Shown piece after piece: positions 31,863 to 43,283 of a stretch of 64,000 nt of DNA. The position numbers were made by a program, and so were the translations under genes. The notes under the pieces were generated by a model. It was not told the DNA's origin. It saw nothing but the letters and a program-made list of their open reading frames with translations, and did not search any database. Location: contig CAVPTF010000014.1 in assembly GCA_963708555.1 (NCBI GenBank), forward strand, positions 33,123-97,122, written 5' to 3'. The DNA comes from an uncultured Alphaproteobacteria bacterium (lineage in GTDB: Bacteria; Pseudomonadota; Alphaproteobacteria; Micropepsales; Micropepsaceae). How positions within the stretch are numbered: position 1 is the first letter of the stretch; each line of letters begins with the position of its first letter.

Positions 31863-33261
31863 CTACCCCAACGCCTTAACGATTCCTTCCGTCATTTTCT
31901 TGGCGTCGGCGAACAACATCATCGTGTTGTCGCGGAAAAACAGCTCGTTCTCGATGCCGGCATAGCCCGAGCCCATGCCGCGCTTGACGAACAGCACGGT
32001 CTTCGCCTTTTCGACGTCCAGCACCGGCATGCCGTAGATCGGCGATTGCGGATTGGTCTTGGCCGAGGGGTTGGTCACGTCGTTGGCGCCGATCACATAG
32101 GCCACATCGGCCTGCGCGAACTGCGAGTTGATGTCCTCGAGCTCGAACACTTCGTCGTAGGGAACGTTCGCTTCTGCGAGCAGCACGTTCATGTGGCCCG
32201 GCATGCGGCCCGCCACCGGATGGATGGCGTAGGAGACCTTCACGCCCTCGTGCTTCAGCTTGTCGGCCATCTCGCGCAGCGCGTGCTGGGCCTGGGCGAC
32301 CGCCATGCCGTAACCGGGGACGACGATCACCGAGCCCGCGTTCTTCATGATGAACGCCGCGTCTTCGGCCGAGCCCTGCTTCACGGGCCGCGTTTCCGCA
32401 GGACCGCCTGCCGCCGCGGTCTCGCCGCCGAAGCCGCCCGCGATCACCGAGATGAACGAGCGGTTCATGCCGGCGCACATGATGTAGGAGAGGATCGCGC
32501 CCGATGAGCCGACGAGCGCGCCGGTGATGATGAGCGCGGTGTTCTCCAGCGTGAACCCGAGGGCCGCCGCCGCCCAGCCGGAATAGGAGTTCAGCATCGA
32601 AATGACGACCGGCATGTCGGCCCCGCCGATGGGAATGATCAGCGTGATGCCGACGATCAGGGCGAGGATGGTGATCGCCCAGAAGATCCATGGCGCCTGG
32701 GCGACGACGAAATACGCGACCAGACCGATGATCGCGAAACCGATCAGGAGATTGAGCACATGGCGCATCGGCAACAGGATCGGAGCGCCCGACATGTTGC
32801 CGTTCAGCTTCGCGAATGCGATCACCGAGCCCGAGAACGTGACCGCGCCGATCGCGACGCCCAGGCTCATCTCGATCAGGCTCTGCGTTTCGATCGCGCC
32901 CGCTTCGCCGATGCCAAAGGCCTGCGGGCTGTAGAACGCCGCGGCCGCGACGAGCACGGCTGCCATACCGACGAGGCTGTGGAACGCGGCCACCAATTGC
33001 GGCATCGCGGTCATCGCGATGCGCCGCGCGATGCTCGCGCCGATGACGCCGCCGATGGCGAGCCCGGCGATGATCAGTCCCCAGGTCAGCGCGATCGCTC
33101 ACGCCGGTCACGAGCAGCGTCGTGACCACGGCGATGATCATGCCGATGATGCCGTTGCGGTTGCCGTCGCGCGAGCTTTCGGGCGACGACAATCCGCGCA
33201 GCGCGAGAATGAACAACACGCCCGCGACGAGATAGGCGAGGGCGGCGAGATTGGGGTTCAT
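31863..33261 (-). pseudogene. pntB: NAD(P) transhydrogenase subunit beta, one frame change
   Basis: MNPNLAALAYLVAGVLFILALRGLSSPESSRDGN...LLVTGV, then [17 protein letters not shown]...[16 protein letters not shown]...[11 protein letters not shown]...[18 protein letters not shown].... The frame changes near 33100. Confidence 0.9.
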
Positions 33262-33274
33262 CGCGCGGTCCTCG

Positions 33275-33583
33275 TCACTTCTTTTCTTTTTTCTTGTACA
33301 TCGCGAGCATGCGTTGCGTGACCAGGAAGCCGCCGAAGATGTTGACCGAGGCGAGGATCAGCGCGGCAAAGCCCAGGCCTTTCGAGAGCCACGACTCCGA
33401 GGAGATCGCGGGAACCGAAACGGCGATCAGCGCGCCCACGACGATCACCGACGAGATCGCATTGGTTACGCTCATCAGCGGCGTGTGCAATGCGGGCGTC
33501 ACGCTCCACACCACGTAGTAGCCGACAAAACAGGCCAGCACGAAAATCGACAAGCGGAAGATGAACGGGTCGATGGCTTCCAT
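33275..33583 (-). CDS. pntAB: NAD(P) transhydrogenase subunit alpha part 2 (membrane)
   Basis: 102 aa, [45 protein letters not shown]... Confidence 0.9.
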   Translation of the reverse strand: MEAIDPFIFRLSIFVLACFVGYYVVWSVTPALHTPLMSVTNAISSVIVVGALIAVSVPAISSESWLSKGLGFAALILASVNIFGGFLVTQRMLAMYKKKEKK

Positions 33584-33592
33584 GGCCGGTCC

Positions 33593-34726
33593 CTATTTCG
33601 GCTGCAGCGCCGGATGAACGATCTTGCCGTCGCGCGTGACGCCCGAGCCTTTGATGATCTCGTCGTCCCAATTGAGCTTTGCCTCGCCCGTCTTCTTGTC
33701 GACGAACAGGCTCACGAAGTTGAACAGGTTGCGCGAATAGAGATTCGACGCATCGACCGCGAGCGCGCCCGGCAGATTGGTGTGGCCCATGATCGTCACG
33801 CCGTGGACCTTGATCACCTGATTGGCCTTGGTGAGCGGACAATTGCCGCCTTGTTCGGCGGCGAGGTCGACGATCACCGAACCCGGCTTCATGGTCTTGA
33901 CCATCTCTTCGCTCACCAGCACCGGCGCCTTGCGTCCGGGGATCAGCGCGGTGGTGATCACGATGTCCTGCTTCTTGATCGTCTCGGCGATCAGCGCCGC
34001 CTGCTTCGCCTGATACTCCTTCGACATCTCCTTGGCGTAGCCCGCCGCGGTCTGCGCGTTCTTGAACTCGTCGTCGATCACCGCGACGAACGTGCCGCCG
34101 AGCGATTCCACCTGTTCTTTCGTCGCCGGACGCACGTCGGTCGCCGACACGATCGCGCCCAGCCGCTTCGCGGTGGCGATCGCTTGCAGGCCTGCGACGC
34201 CCACGCCCATCACCAGCACGCGTGCGGGCGCGATGGTGCCGGCGGCTGTCATCATCATCGGCATCGCCCGGCCGAACTCGGCCGCCGCGTCGATCACCGC
34301 CTTGTAGCCCGCAAGGTTCGCCTGCGACGACAACACGTCCATGGCCTGCGCGCGCGAGATACGCGGCAGATACTCCATGGCAAACGCCTCGACGCCGGCC
34401 TCGGCGAGCTTCGCGATCGACTCGCGCTCGGTCGCAGGCGAGAGCAGCGAGACCAGGATCGCGCCGCGCTTCAACTGGGCGATCTCGGCGTCATCGGGGC
34501 CGCGCACCTTGAGCACGATGTCGGCGTTCCTGAGCACGCCGTCGGGCGCGACCGTGGCCCCGGCCGCCTCGTAGTCGGCGTCGAAATAATTGGCGCCTAA
34601 ACCCGCGTCCCGTTCGACCACCACATCGAGACCCAAGCCCTTGAGCTTCTTCGTGGTTTCGGGCGTCGCGGCGACCCGCGCTTCATCGGCGCGCCGCTCC
34701 TTGGGGATCGCGATGATCGTGGCCAT
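33593..34726 (-). CDS. pntAA: NAD(P) transhydrogenase subunit alpha part 1
   Basis: MATIIAIPKERRADEARVAATPETTKKLKGLG...VLVMGVGVAGLQAIATAKRLGA... shows an alanine-dehydrogenase-like fold. Confidence 0.9.
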   Translation of the reverse strand: MATIIAIPKERRADEARVAATPETTKKLKGLGLDVVVERDAGLGANYFDADYEAAGATVAPDGVLRNADIVLKVRGPDDAEIAQLKRGAILVSLLSPATERESIAKLAEAGVEAFAMEYLPRISRAQAMDVLSSQANLAGYKAVIDAAAEFGRAMPMMMTAAGTIAPARVLVMGVGVAGLQAIATAKRLGAIVSATDVRPATKEQVESLGGTFVAVIDDEFKNAQTAAGYAKEMSKEYQAKQAALIAETIKKQDIVITTALIPGRKAPVLVSEEMVKTMKPGSVIVDLAAEQGGNCPLTKANQVIKVHGVTIMGHTNLPGALAVDASNLYSRNLFNFVSLFVDKKTGEAKLNWDDEIIKGSGVTRDGKIVHPALQPK

Positions 34727-34766
34727 CAGGGGTTCGTCTTAGGAAGGGTATTGGGGCTTAAAACCG

Positions 34767-34940
34767 TCACACGCCGTCATTCGTCCGGAAGAGCAGCAAA
34801 AGGAGACCCAGAACCGCCAGCGCCACGCAGGACCACTTCGTGGCATTCCAGAACGCGAGCCACATCCTGACATGCTCGCTGATGTCCATGGTGCCGCCGG
34901 ATGCGTGATCGTCGGATGATGGATGGTGCTTGTCAGCCAT
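34767..34940 (-). CDS. 57-aa membrane protein resembling prokaryotic aa3-type cytochrome oxidase subunit IV (COX4_pro_2-like); absent from the ORF track
   Basis: Hand-translated: MADKHHPSSDDHASGGTMDISEHVRMWLAFWNATKWSCVALAVLGLLLLLFRTNDGV*. It has one TM helix. Small proteins of this kind commonly sit upstream of pntAA in alphaproteobacteria (from memory). Confidence 0.5.
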   Translation of the reverse strand: MADKHHPSSDDHASGGTMDISEHVRMWLAFWNATKWSCVALAVLGLLLLLFRTNDGV

Positions 34941-35331
34941 GCCCTGCCCCAGTGAAATACCGCCCTGTTAACCGCGACTATAGCAAAGCACTGCCCTTCG
35001 CAAGGGTCCGTGGGCGCGTTACACGTGGATGGGACGATGGGGCGACCTTTGGTCGCGCTGTAGTAGCAGGGTCTTCACGGAGTACTTTGTTCCCGCGGGA
35101 GCCCGGTCCGCTTTGGATAGCCAGACCGGGATGGGGATTCGTAAGGTAGGGGATGATGATTCGTTAGGGACCACTCGGGCGGCCGTTAATCATCGGATTA
35201 CCCTGTTGGCACAATTTGGGACGCTTTAACGCCGTTTTTCCGAGCCCGACACGAGGATGGGGTTGCGGTCGATCTCCCGACCGCGCGGGCGCTCTTTAAC
35301 GCCCGTGGGGGCTTCAATCTGAGAACGGTGT

Positions 35332-37002
<1,671 letters not shown>

Positions 37003-37220
37003 TCTTGGTGTCGAAGCCGTTGCCCTTGGCTTCGGAATAGACCTCGCGGATGTCGGAGGTCAGCGCGGCCTTCTCTTCTTCCAGGCGCTCGATGCGCTCG
37101 ATCAGGGACCTCAGCTGTCCCGCCGCGAAACCTGACTTCGCCATGCCGCCTGTGCTCCAACCCAAGTGGGACCGCTCGGATAGACGCAGCCGTCCACAAT
37201 GGAAAGATGTGGCGCGAAGC

Positions 37221-37520
37221 TTAGCTGTGAGTCTTATGGCTGGAGGCGAAGGCTGCCTGAGCTTCTGAGCTCGCTTCCTTCTGGTAGCGCTTCTTCCATT
37301 CGGCGGGCGGCATGCCGTAGACGATCTCGCGCGCCTGGTCCTTCTCGAGCGTGATGCCCTTTTCCGCAGCGGCCTCGCGATACCAGTCGCCGAGACAGTT
37401 CCGGCAGAAGCCGGCCAGATTCATCATGTCGATGTTCTGCACATCCGTGCGGGCGCGCAGGTGAGCAACCAGGCGGCGAAAGGCGGCCGCTTCGAGCTCG
37501 GTTCGGGTCTTCTCGTCCAT
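37221..37520 (-). CDS. DUF1244 domain-containing protein
   Basis: A GGAGGA RBS precedes [51 protein letters not shown].... Confidence 0.75.
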   Translation of the reverse strand: MDEKTRTELEAAAFRRLVAHLRARTDVQNIDMMNLAGFCRNCLGDWYREAAAEKGITLEKDQAREIVYGMPPAEWKKRYQKEASSEAQAAFASSHKTHS

Positions 37521-37521
37521 C

Positions 37522-38334
37522 TCAAATCCTCCGGAAGGAACGGCCAGCGGCCGTGTGAATCGAATTTGCGGCGCACCCATCGCCGCGATCGCATCGCCAA
37601 GCGCCCGTTTCAGAAGCGCGGCCCAGCGTTCGACACCGGCTTGATCCGCGATCAGATCCTGGCGCACCTCGATCAGCACATGAGGCAGGCCGTTCATCGT
37701 GCCGTGCCGGTAAAGCGTGTCGTTCTCCAGCTCGCCTGAATAGGGCTCGTTGTCGCCCACAACAATGTCGGGCTCGGCCCGCAGCCGTTCAAGCAGGGGC
37801 AGCGCCAGACGGCCATCACGATCCCATAGGACGCCCGTGTGCCAGGGCCGCTTCTCGCCCGCGCCACAGCGGCGTGAAGCTGTGGACCGACACGAGGACC
37901 GGCACGATCTCGCTGGCCGCTGCATCGCGGATGAGGGCGGCTATGGCGGCGTGATAGGGCGCATGAAACCGCCGGATGCGGTCCTCGATCCCTTCGCGGC
38001 CAAGGTCACGGTTGCCGGGAATGATGCGCCCATCGGAAAGTTTCATGACGACCGTCGGGTCATCGCCGCCACGGTTGAGGTCGACCACGAGCCGCGACCA
38101 GCGCGCGAGCAGAGCAGGCGCGTCCCACAGATCGGCCAGCCTTCGTGTCAGCTCGGCCGCGCCGATGTCATAGGCGATGTGACGGGCGAAATCGGCTTGC
38201 GAGAGCCCCAGAAGATCGAGTTCCGCGGGAACCGCGTTCGACGCATGATCGCATAGGAACAGGAGCCGCGCGGGCCTCTGCTCGTTGTAGGCTTGGTAAG
38301 CTGATTCGTTCATCCCTGACGCAGTATAGAACAT
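37522..38334 (-). pseudogene. N-formylglutamate amidohydrolase family protein, one or two frame changes
   Basis: ...RPARLLFLCDHASNAVP...LVVDLNRG...SVHSFTPLWRG, then KRPWHTGVLWDRDGRLALPLLERL...GDNEPYSG...PHVLIEVRQDL in the next frame (change near 37860). As written, the ORF runs on in-frame into the DUF1244 gene. A TGA at 37522-37524 in another frame suggests a further indel near 37565. The start is uncertain (38313-38385). Confidence 0.65.
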
Positions 38335-38390
38335 CGGGCCGCTGCGGCACTCTGCTGGTCCAGCGGCACCCCTAAGCGGACTCAAGACCG

Positions 38391-39814
38391 ATGCGCAGAA
38401 GCCGCATGATCAAGATCGTCGCCACGCTGGGGCCGGCGAGCCACACGCACGCTCATTTGCATGCGCTTTTCCTTGCCGGCGTCGACGTGTTCCGCATCAA
38501 CATGAGCCACACGACGCACGCGAACCTGAAGACGCTGGTCGACACGGTGCGCGGCGTGGAGGCGGAGGTCGGGCGGCCGATCTCCATTCTGGTCGATCTG
38601 CAGGGGCCGAAACTGCGCCTCGGCAAGCTCGGGGGCGAGCGTCAGCTCCAGGGCGGCTCCCGCGTGACCTTCGTGCGGAGCGAGACCGCGTCGTCGGACG
38701 AAATCCCGATCCCGCATCCGGAGATCTTCGCCGCGCTCAAAGCCGGCAGTCATCTGCTCATAGACGACGGCAAGGTGCGGCTCACGGCGCTCGAGGTCGG
38801 GCAGGACCGCATGACGGCCGAGGTGATCCAGGGCGGCGTGGTGAAGGACCATAAGGGCGTCAATCTTCCCGATACGCTGCTGCCGATCCCGGCGCTGACG
38901 CCCAAGGACCGCGCCGATCTCGACTATGCGCTCCAGCTGTCGGTCGATTGGCTGGGGCTCTCCTTCGTGCAGCGCGCCGACGATGTCGCGGAGCTGCGCA
39001 AGATGACCGCGGGACGCGCCGGCGTGCTCTCCAAGATCGAGAAGCCCGCGGCGCTCCAATCGCTCGACGAGATTCTCGTGCTCTCCGATGCGGTGATGGT
39101 CGCGCGCGGCGATCTCGGCGTCGAGCTGCCGCTCGAAGCCGTGCCGGGCACGCCAGAAGCAGATCATCCAGGCGGCGCGCCACGCCGGCAAACCGGTCGT
39201 CGTCGCCACCCAGATGCTGGAATCGATGATCACCTCGCCCGTGCCGACACGCGCCGAAGTCTCCGACGTGGCCAACGCCGTCTACGAAGGCGCGGATGCG
39301 GTGATGCTGTCGGCCGAGACCGCCGCCGGCGCGTATCCGGTCGAAGCCGTCGCCGTGATGGACCGCATCGCGCGCGCGGTCGAGTCCGATTCGATGTATC
39401 GCGGCATCATGGAGGCGCAGCGTCAGGAGCCCGAGGCGACGATGCCCGACGCGATCCTCGCCGCCGTGCACGACGTGACGCACACGATCAAGGCATCCGC
39501 CATCGTGTGCTGGACGAAGTCGGGCTCGACGGGCTTGCGCGCCGCGCGCGAGCGGCCCGAGGTGCCGATCCTGGCGCTCACGCCGATCAAGCAGATGGCG
39601 CGCCGGCTTCAGCTCGCCTGGGGTCTGCATTGCGTGGAAACCGAGGACGCGCAGAATCTCGACGATGTCGCTGAGCGCGCGTGCCAGATCGCCTATGCGC
39701 AAGGCTTCGCCAAGTTGGGCGATCGCGTCGTGATCACCGCGGGACTTGCCGCTCGGCACGCCGGGCGCGACCAATCTGCTCCGCGTCGCGCACGTCACGC
39801 GCAAGAGCGCGTAG
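38391..39814 (+). pseudogene. pyk: pyruvate kinase, two +1 frame changes
   Basis: MRRSRMIKIVATLGPAS...FRINMSH...GPKLRLG...[18 protein letters not shown] | [26 protein letters not shown]...[21 protein letters not shown]... | [19 protein letters not shown]. Frame changes are near 39152 and 39745. Confidence 0.9.
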
Positions 39815-39817
39815 CGT

Positions 39818-40268
39818 TCACACGCCGAGATAGCAGTCGGGGAATTCGAATTTCGGAACCCGCCGCTCCACGAACAGGAAGTCGGGGTCGTGCAGGCGGG
39901 CGTGAAACTCGGTCGCGCTCAGCATTTCGATGTCATAGGAGTGGTCGAATTTGCCGGGCATGCCGTTGATCTCGGTCGAATTGATCGTCAGCACGCCGTC
40001 TTCGATCTTCCACGTTCCCGATTGCGTCTGCTGATAGATCAGCTTGCCTTTCTCGCATTTGCGGTACTCGGCATTGAATTTTCCATCGGCGCTGAACGCG
40101 TCGATGTAGAACACCTCCGGATCGCCCGGCTCGCCGATGCCGTACCAGAACCCGACCAGGCTCGGCGCTGTTGAAGACCTTGGCGCGGGCGCAGCCGATC
40201 CTTCGACCGCCGCGAACAGGAACATGAGAGCCGCGATGACGCTCCAACATCGTCTTGATCTTGCCCAT
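39818..40268 (-). pseudogene. secreted Cys-pair protein of unknown function, paralogue A (N-terminal region frame-broken)
   Basis: The body ...SLVGFWYGIGEPGDPEVFYIDAFSADGKFNAEYRKCEKGKLIYQQTQSGTWKIEDGVLTIN...[10 protein letters not shown] aligns with 40274..40690. The likely start MGKIKTML (40268) and part of the signal peptide sit in other frames, with changes near 40215 and 40165. Confidence 0.5.
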
Positions 40269-40273
40269 CACGC

Positions 40274-40690
40274 TCACACTCCACTCGGACAATCGGGAAA
40301 GTCGAACGCCGACACGCGATGTGAAACGAACACGAGACCGTCGGGCTCCATACGCACGCGGCGCTCCGTGTCGGTCAGGAGCATGACCGTGTAGACGCCG
40401 TCGATCTGCGCCGGCTCACCGTTGAGCATGTCCACGTTCAGCCGTTCGATCCCGTCTTTCACCGTCCATGTCCCGGATTCGGTTTGCAATCCGACGACAT
40501 TGCCATCTTCGCACTTACGGAATTCTTCACGGAACGTACCGTCTTCGCGGAATTCGATGAGCGAGAGCACGCCCGGCTCGTCGGGCTGATTGCCGCTATA
40601 CCAAATCCCCACGAACGAAGGCTCGGCAGACGCGGGCGCCGCAAGCAAAGTTGCCATCAGGAGCGGACCGAGGAGCTGGAGCTTGCGCAT
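40274..40690 (-). CDS. secreted Cys-pair protein of unknown function, paralogue B
   Basis: Signal peptide MRKLQLLGPLLMATLLAAPASA, then EPSFVGIWYSGNQPDEPGVLSLIEFREDGTFREEFRKCEDGNVVGLQTESGTWTVKDG...FDFPDCPSGV. It has a GxW start motif and a conserved KCE...PDC pair. Confidence 0.6.
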   Translation of the reverse strand: MRKLQLLGPLLMATLLAAPASAEPSFVGIWYSGNQPDEPGVLSLIEFREDGTFREEFRKCEDGNVVGLQTESGTWTVKDGIERLNVDMLNGEPAQIDGVYTVMLLTDTERRVRMEPDGLVFVSHRVSAFDFPDCPSGV

Positions 40691-40714
40691 GGCGGTAACC
40701 GCGGGCAGCGGACG

Positions 40715-41438
40715 TCAGATCCCCTGGCCCTCGACTTCCTTGCTCAACTGGCGGATGCGGTCTTCGAGTCCGTCGATAAACGGATCGAGCTCTTTGGCCT
40801 TGCGATAGGCTTCGAGCGCGCGCTGCTTGTCGTCGAACTCCTCGAGGATCTGTCCGAGCTCGGCCATCGCGATGAAGTGCTTCGGCTGCAGCGCGAGCAC
40901 GCGGCGGAGCAAATCGATCGCGTCCTGGAAATCGTCCTTCTCGGCGGCAAGCGTCGCGCGCCGGTGCCAGCCTTCGGCGAACTCGGGCGCGATCTCGGTC
41001 AGCTTCTCGGCGATCGTACGCGCCGTGTCCGAATCGTGCGCCTCGATGGCCTGATCGACGCGCTTGAGCAAGAGGTCGGCGCTCGGGCTGTCCGAATGCG
41101 ACCACCGCGCACGCAGCTCGCGCTCGATCGGGCGGGCCGCGCGCTGATCGGGCGCCTTGGCCAGCCGCGTCGAGCAACTGGTCGTCGGTTTCTGGCGCCC
41201 TCGGAGTCGGCCGGCCCGTCTGGCGCTGCTTGCCGTCCGGAGACGGTGCCGCATTGGGCTGCTGCTTGTCCTTGTCCTGATCGTCCGGCTGGTCGGCCGG
41301 ATCGCCGGGTTCTGGCGGCTGCTCTTTGCCGAGCGGCGGCAACCCGGGGATACGACGGTCCGGATTGATCTGTTGAGACCAGGCCCCGGCCGAGGCGGCG
41401 AGGACCATCACAAGGGAGAGGATCGCTAATCGGCGCAT
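40715..41438 (-). pseudogene. exported TPR-repeat protein, one frame change
   Basis: Signal peptide MRRLAILSLVMVLAASAGAWS, then a P/D/Q-rich region. In the next frame come RLAKAPDQRAARPIERELRARW...AEGWHRRATLAAEKDDFQDAIDLLRRVLALQPKHFIAMAELGQILEEFDDKQRALEAYRKAKELDP (TPR). The frame changes near 41165. Confidence 0.65.
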
Positions 41439-41485
41439 CGGAAGATGCTAGCGAAAAATTACCGGCGACGCGATACCGGGTGGCT

Positions 41486-41514
41486 TGAAAAGACCGTTAG
41501 CGGGAAACGCTAAC
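41486..41514 (-). terminator. probable intrinsic terminator of rpmJ
   Basis: On the minus strand, GTTAGCG-UUUCC-CGCTAAC (7-bp stem, overlapping the TAG stop) is followed by GGUCUUUUC. Confidence 0.4.
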
Positions 41515-41635
41515 CTTGACGGGCCTTGAATTTGGGATTCTTCTTGTTGATCACGTAAACGCGACCCTTGCGCCGGACGACGCGGCAGTCCTTGTCCCGC
41601 CTTTTGAGGGAGCGCAGAGAATTGCGCACTTTCAT
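41510..41635 (-). CDS. rpmJ: 50S ribosomal protein L36
   Basis: [41 protein letters not shown] (41 aa), internal to track ORF 41510..41716. Confidence 0.9.
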   Translation of the reverse strand: MKVRNSLRSLKRRDKDCRVVRRKGRVYVINKKNPKFKARQG

Positions 41636-41772
41636 CGTCGTCTCCGGTGTCTTAGATGACGGCGGGGCCGCCAAGAAGGCGCGGAAACTATGCGGGGACC
41701 AAAAGTCTGTCAACAAGGCCGGCTATGAGGGTTGAGGAACGCATTTGAGGCCCTTAGGGGGCGCCTGAGGGC

Positions 41773-42015
41773 TTGGGAGGGGGTATGGAACTCGGTTTGC
41801 CGATGACGTTGACGATCCTCGTGCTGACCGCGGGGATGTTCGCGTTTGCGAACTGGCGGGGGCGCCAGCCCGCCCAGCCACTCAAGGTACGCATGGTCAA
41901 CTACCATGTGGTACAAATCATCTGCGTAGTCGTGGTGTTGCTGATGGTCGCGCATCTGGTGACGCTGCTTTCGGGCCAGCCGTTGGCGCCCCGGGGTGGC
42001 GGAGGACGCTTCTGA
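41773..42015 (+). CDS. small two-TM membrane protein (hypothetical)
   Basis: ...MELGLPMTLTILVLTAGMFAFANWRG...VVQIICVVVVLLMVAHLVTLL.... Its stop overlaps the ATG of the transglycosylase gene (TGATG). The start is uncertain. Confidence 0.45.
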   Translation: MGGGMELGLPMTLTILVLTAGMFAFANWRGRQPAQPLKVRMVNYHVVQIICVVVVLLMVAHLVTLLSGQPLAPRGGGGRF

Positions 42016-43283
42016 TGGCGAGACTGCACGATCGAGCCGTGCAGATCGCGGCTGCGGCCGCGCTGGCGCTCGCGTGCTTAGGTCTTCAACCAGCGGTCGC
42101 GCAGGAAGGCACGCCCGAGACCGTCGTTCAGCAGCCCGATCCCGCGACACGTTTTCGCACGTTCCTTGAGACCTTCCGCGCCGAGGCGGTTGCGGCGGGT
42201 ATCCCGAGCGATCTCTACGACCGCGCGACCGCGACCATCGCGGTCAACCCGCGCGTCGAGCAGCTCAATCTCAGCCAGCCGGAATTCGTGCGGCCCGTCT
42301 GGGCTTATATCGACAGCGCTGTCACCGAGACGCGCGTGAACAGGGGCCGAGACCTCATCGGCGTCAACGCCGATCTGTTCGCCCGGCTTCAGGCGCAATA
42401 CGGCGTGCCGGAAGAGGTCATCACCGCGATCTGGGGCATGGAGACGGGTTACGGCGCCAATCTCGGCTCGTTCAATCTGTTCGAAGCGCTGGCGACGCTG
42501 GCCTATGAAGGGCCTCGCTCCGCCTATGGCCGCCGGCAATTGATCGCCGCGCTGAAGATCGCGCAGACCGAAGGCCGCGATCCCTCGACCATGACCGGAT
42601 CGTGGGCGGGCGCGTTCGGCTTCACGCAGTTCGTCCCGACGACGTTCCTCGAAAAGGCGGTCGACGGTGACGGCGACGGCAAGCGCGACCTCTGGGGTTC
42701 GCCCGCCGATGCGCTCGCGTCGACCGCGAATTATCTGAACCAGTCGGGATGGAAATCGAACGAGACCTGGGGCGAGGAAGTTCGTCTGCCGGAAAACTTC
42801 CCCTATGAGACCGCCGATCCCGAAATCCGCATGCCGATGTCGGATTGGGTGGCGAAGGGCGTGCGCAAGCTGAACGGCGACCCCTTGAGCGAAAGCGCCG
42901 AGTCGGCCGCGATCTTCCTGCCGGCGGGCGCGCGCGGTCCCGCGTTTCTCGTGCACGAGAATTTCTACGCGATCCTCAAATACAATTTCGCCACCTCATA
43001 TGCGCTCGCGGTGAGCGTGTTGTCCGATCGGCTGAAGGGCCAGTCCGGCATCGCTGGAAGCTGGCCGCGCGACGAAGAGATGCTGAGCGTTCGCCAGCGC
43101 GTCACGTTGCAGGAAGGGCTGACCACGCTCGGCTACGACACCGGCGGCGCGGACGGCGTTCTCGGCCGCCGCACGCGTGCGGCCATCCGCGAATTCCAGA
43201 AAGCGCGCGGCCTTCCTGCCGACGGCTACGCGACCGCCTCGCTGCTCACGCGCGTCTTGAACGAGCGGTTCAGCATCCCCTGA
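42015..43283 (+). CDS. lytic murein transglycosylase (MltB family) with C-terminal peptidoglycan-binding domain
   Basis: A signal peptide is followed by ...ITAIWGMETGYG...GSWAGAFGFTQFVPTTF...DGDGDGKRDLW.... The C-terminal PG_binding_1-like region reads VTLQEGLTTLGYDTGGADGVLGRRTRAAIREFQKARGLPADGYA. Confidence 0.85.
   Translation: MARLHDRAVQIAAAAALALACLGLQPAVAQEGTPETVVQQPDPATRFRTFLETFRAEAVAAGIPSDLYDRATATIAVNPRVEQLNLSQPEFVRPVWAYIDSAVTETRVNRGRDLIGVNADLFARLQAQYGVPEEVITAIWGMETGYGANLGSFNLFEALATLAYEGPRSAYGRRQLIAALKIAQTEGRDPSTMTGSWAGAFGFTQFVPTTFLEKAVDGDGDGKRDLWGSPADALASTANYLNQSGWKSNETWGEEVRLPENFPYETADPEIRMPMSDWVAKGVRKLNGDPLSESAESAAIFLPAGARGPAFLVHENFYAILKYNFATSYALAVSVLSDRLKGQSGIAGSWPRDEEMLSVRQRVTLQEGLTTLGYDTGGADGVLGRRTRAAIREFQKARGLPADGYATASLLTRVLNERFSIP

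Noticed and set aside
35207-35222. A sigma-54 promoter (TGGCAC...) upstream of the regulator gene
   Set aside because: TGGCAC-aattt-GGGA lacks the -12 TTGC/GC element at the required spacing.
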